DNA from: Candidatus Cloacimonadota bacterium
Lineage (GTDB): Bacteria > Cloacimonadota > Cloacimonadia > G963667145
Assembly: GCA_963667255.1 (NCBI GenBank)
Contig: OY762940.1
Span: forward strand, 832,001 to 896,000
Length of the DNA stretch: 64,000 nucleotides
Reading direction: 5' to 3'
The notes below the pieces were generated by a model. The model was not told the DNA's origin and searched no databases. It was given only the letters and a program-made list of their open reading frames with translations. Below, piece after piece: positions 61,855-64,000 of this stretch; position 1 is the stretch's first letter; every line of letters starts with the position of its first letter. The translations under genes and the position numbers were made by a program.

Positions 61855-64000
61855 ATGTATGAAACTATTGATCCCAAGAAAAAAAGTGCTGAGATAGAAG
61901 CACAAATCGCTGATAAATGGGAGAAAATCGATATTTTGAGCAAGAGTAGCGACAAGGGAGACGAAGAGTTTATCTTTTTTGAAGGTCCTCCGACTGCGAA
62001 TGGCAAGCCGGGTATTCATCATGTGATGGCTCGCTCTATCAAGGATACTGTCTGCCGATACAAGACGATGCAGGGTTATCGATTTAAGCGAAAAGCTGGC
62101 TGGGATACTCACGGATTGCCTGTGGAGATAGAGGTGCAAAAGCAATTGGGTTTGGACGACAGGAACAAGATTTTGGATTATGGGATTGAGGAGTTCAACC
62201 AAAAGTGTCGTGATTCCGTGTTTAGCTATGAGAAACTCTGGCGGAAGATGACCGAGCAAATGGGCTACGAGATTGATATGAATAACCCTTACATCACTCT
62301 GGACAACAATTACATTGAGTCTGTGTGGTGGCTGCTTGACCAGATGTGGAAGAAGGGGCTTCTGTATCAGGGGCATAAGGTTGTGCCGTTTTGTCCTAAA
62401 TGTGGCACTCCGCTGTCTTCTCACGAGGTGGCTCTTGGCTATCAGGAAGTTACCGAGCCGTCTGTGTTCATCAAGTTTCGTAAGAAAGGCGAGGCGAAAA
62501 CTTACTTCTTGGCTTGGACGACAACGCCGTGGACGCTTGCGGGCAATGTGGCTCTCGTGGTTGGTGCAGATTTGGACTATGTGAAGGTGGAGTGTGACGG
62601 AGAAAATCTCATTCTTGCCAAAAATTTGTTGAAGATTTTGGATGGAGAATATAAAATTTTGGAGGAGTTCAAAGGCGAAGCTCTTCTGGGGCAAGAGTAT
62701 GAGCCTCTTTTTGATTTGCCAGCGCTCCAAAACGAAAATTCTCACAAAGTTTACGCTGGCGATTTCGTAACCACCGAAGACGGAACTGGCATCGTGCATA
62801 CAGCGGGAATGTATGGCGAAGACGATTACCAAGTCTGCAAAAAGCACGGTATTCCGCTGGTTCACACTGTGGGCGAGGACGGCAAATACAACAGCAATTT
62901 CCCGATGCTTGAGGGTTACTTTGTCAAAGACAAAGAGGTGGAGAAGCAAATCATCATCAGTCTGAAAGAGCGGGGACTTTTTTTCCGCAAAGAGAATTTT
63001 AAGCACACCTATCCGTTTTGCTGGCGATGCAATAGTCCGCTACTCTACTACGCTCGCAACAGTTGGTATATCAAGACGACCGACTACAAGGACAAGATGA
63101 TTGAGGAAAACAAGAAGGTCAACTGGGTGCCGAATTTCGTGGGTGAAGGTCGCTTTGGTTCTTGGCTGGAGAATAACACCGATTGGGCTATCTCGCGTGA
63201 TAGATTTTGGGGAACTCCGCTGAATATTTGGGTTTGTGATGATTGCAAATCTATGACCAGTATCGGTTCGCGAGAGGAGTTGATGAGTCGCGGAAAAACT
63301 ACCGATGGGAAAGCTGTTTCGCCAAATCCTGAACTGCACAAGCCCTTCGTGGACGACATCGTTCTTACTTGTCCCGACTGTGGCGGTGTGATGCACAGAG
63401 TGCCACAAGTGATTGATTGCTGGTTCGATAGCGGTGCGATGCCGTTTGCTCAGCATCACTATCCGTTTGAGAATAAAGAAAATTTCGATGAGCTTTATCC
63501 TGCCGATTTTATCTGTGAGGGCATCGACCAGACGAGAGGTTGGTTTTATTCGCTCTTGGCGATTTCCACGATTATCAAAGGGCAAACTCCTTACAAAAAT
63601 GTTTTGGTTAACGATTTGATTTTGGACAAAGACGGCAAAAAGATGAGCAAATCGAAGGGCAATACGGTTGACCCTTTCCAAATAATGAACGAATACGGAG
63701 CCGATGCGGTGCGTTGGTATCTGCTTGCCGGCAGTCCTCCGTGGATTCCCACGAAGTTTGACCCTAATGGCGTGAAAGAGGTTGCGGGTAAATTCTTCGG
63801 CACTTTGAAAAACACTTACTCCTTTTTTGCAACTTACGCTAATATTGACGGCTACAAGGTTGAGGGCAAACGAGGGGTTTCGTCGCAAATCGATTGCTGG
63901 ATTATGTCCAAGTTACACGGGCTTATTGCTTATGTGCAAGAGAGGATGGACGCTTACGATTTGACTAAGTCCGTGAGAGCAATCCAAAATTTCACTTGCG
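61855..64000 (+). CDS. ileS: Isoleucyl-tRNA synthetase, type 2 (3'-partial; absent from the ORF track)
   Basis: GGAGGAGG RBS; EGPPTANG.PGIHH, GWDTHGLPVE, AWTTTPWTL, DWAISR.RFWGTP, DCWFDSG, EGIDQTRGWFY, KMSKS at 63640; open to the window end. Confidence 0.97.
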   Translation, partial: MYETIDPKKKSAEIEAQIADKWEKIDILSKSSDKGDEEFIFFEGPPTANGKPGIHHVMARSIKDTVCRYKTMQGYRFKRKAGWDTHGLPVEIEVQKQLGLDDRNKILDYGIEEFNQKCRDSVFSYEKLWRKMTEQMGYEIDMNNPYITLDNNYIESVWWLLDQMWKKGLLYQGHKVVPFCPKCGTPLSSHEVALGYQEVTEPSVFIKFRKKGEAKTYFLAWTTTPWTLAGNVALVVGADLDYVKVECDGENLILAKNLLKILDGEYKILEEFKGEALLGQEYEPLFDLPALQNENSHKVYAGDFVTTEDGTGIVHTAGMYGEDDYQVCKKHGIPLVHTVGEDGKYNSNFPMLEGYFVKDKEVEKQIIISLKERGLFFRKENFKHTYPFCWRCNSPLLYYARNSWYIKTTDYKDKMIEENKKVNWVPNFVGEGRFGSWLENNTDWAISRDRFWGTPLNIWVCDDCKSMTSIGSREELMSRGKTTDGKAVSPNPELHKPFVDDIVLTCPDCGGVMHRVPQVIDCWFDSGAMPFAQHHYPFENKENFDELYPADFICEGIDQTRGWFYSLLAISTIIKGQTPYKNVLVNDLILDKDGKKMSKSKGNTVDPFQIMNEYGADAVRWYLLAGSPPWIPTKFDPNGVKEVAGKFFGTLKNTYSFFATYANIDGYKVEGKRGVSSQIDCWIMSKLHGLIAYVQERMDAYDLTKSVRAIQNFTC

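Noticed and set aside
61316..61862. Short ORFs (86, 130 and 71 aa) upstream of ileS
   Set aside because: They run through REP-like palindromes, with no domain or RBS support.
61834..63888. 390-aa and 282-aa minus-strand ORFs
   Set aside because: Antisense shadows of ileS, which has all its motifs on the + strand.

Overview
Bacterial chromosomal window from a low-to-moderate-GC diderm (TolC, outer-membrane barrel); taxonomy cannot be fixed from the sequence alone. (1) 1-13708: 3' end of a type I-B-like CRISPR-Cas locus (cas3 partial, cas4, cas1, cas2), a leader, and a 30-bp-repeat array with 124 intact repeats by hand count. The array shows a spacer-block duplication, re-acquired variant spacers and an IS3-family insertion with a deletion near the trailer. 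(2) GbsR/MarR regulator with a palindromic operator plus a TolC-MFP-RND efflux operon. (3) nusA-ylxR-infB. (4) An AT-rich 8-gene surface-glycosylation island (23943-36487): GT-C-like membrane protein fused to a phosphoribulokinase-like kinase, HAD phosphatase, class II aldolase-fold protein, second membrane protein, tandem nucleotidyltransferase, GtrA, GT2 and a PLC/GDPD-like protein. Three of its genes are cleanly interrupted by IS insertions. This is my best candidate for an undescribed system. (5) Minus-strand murC-murB-ftsQ-ftsA-ftsZ-coaD-MFS. (6) A second Gtr-like glycosylation locus with an IS1595 relic. (7) Motif-less IspA homologue, barrel protein, dxs, two orphan xanthine-dehydrogenase-type subunits, dnaX, pyrG, hflKC, tadA, small genes, tsaB and a 2-hydroxyacid dehydrogenase. 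(8) A REP-like repeat patchwork and a partial type-2 ileS with a non-canonical GIHH motif. All calls come from reading motifs by eye; no searches were run.
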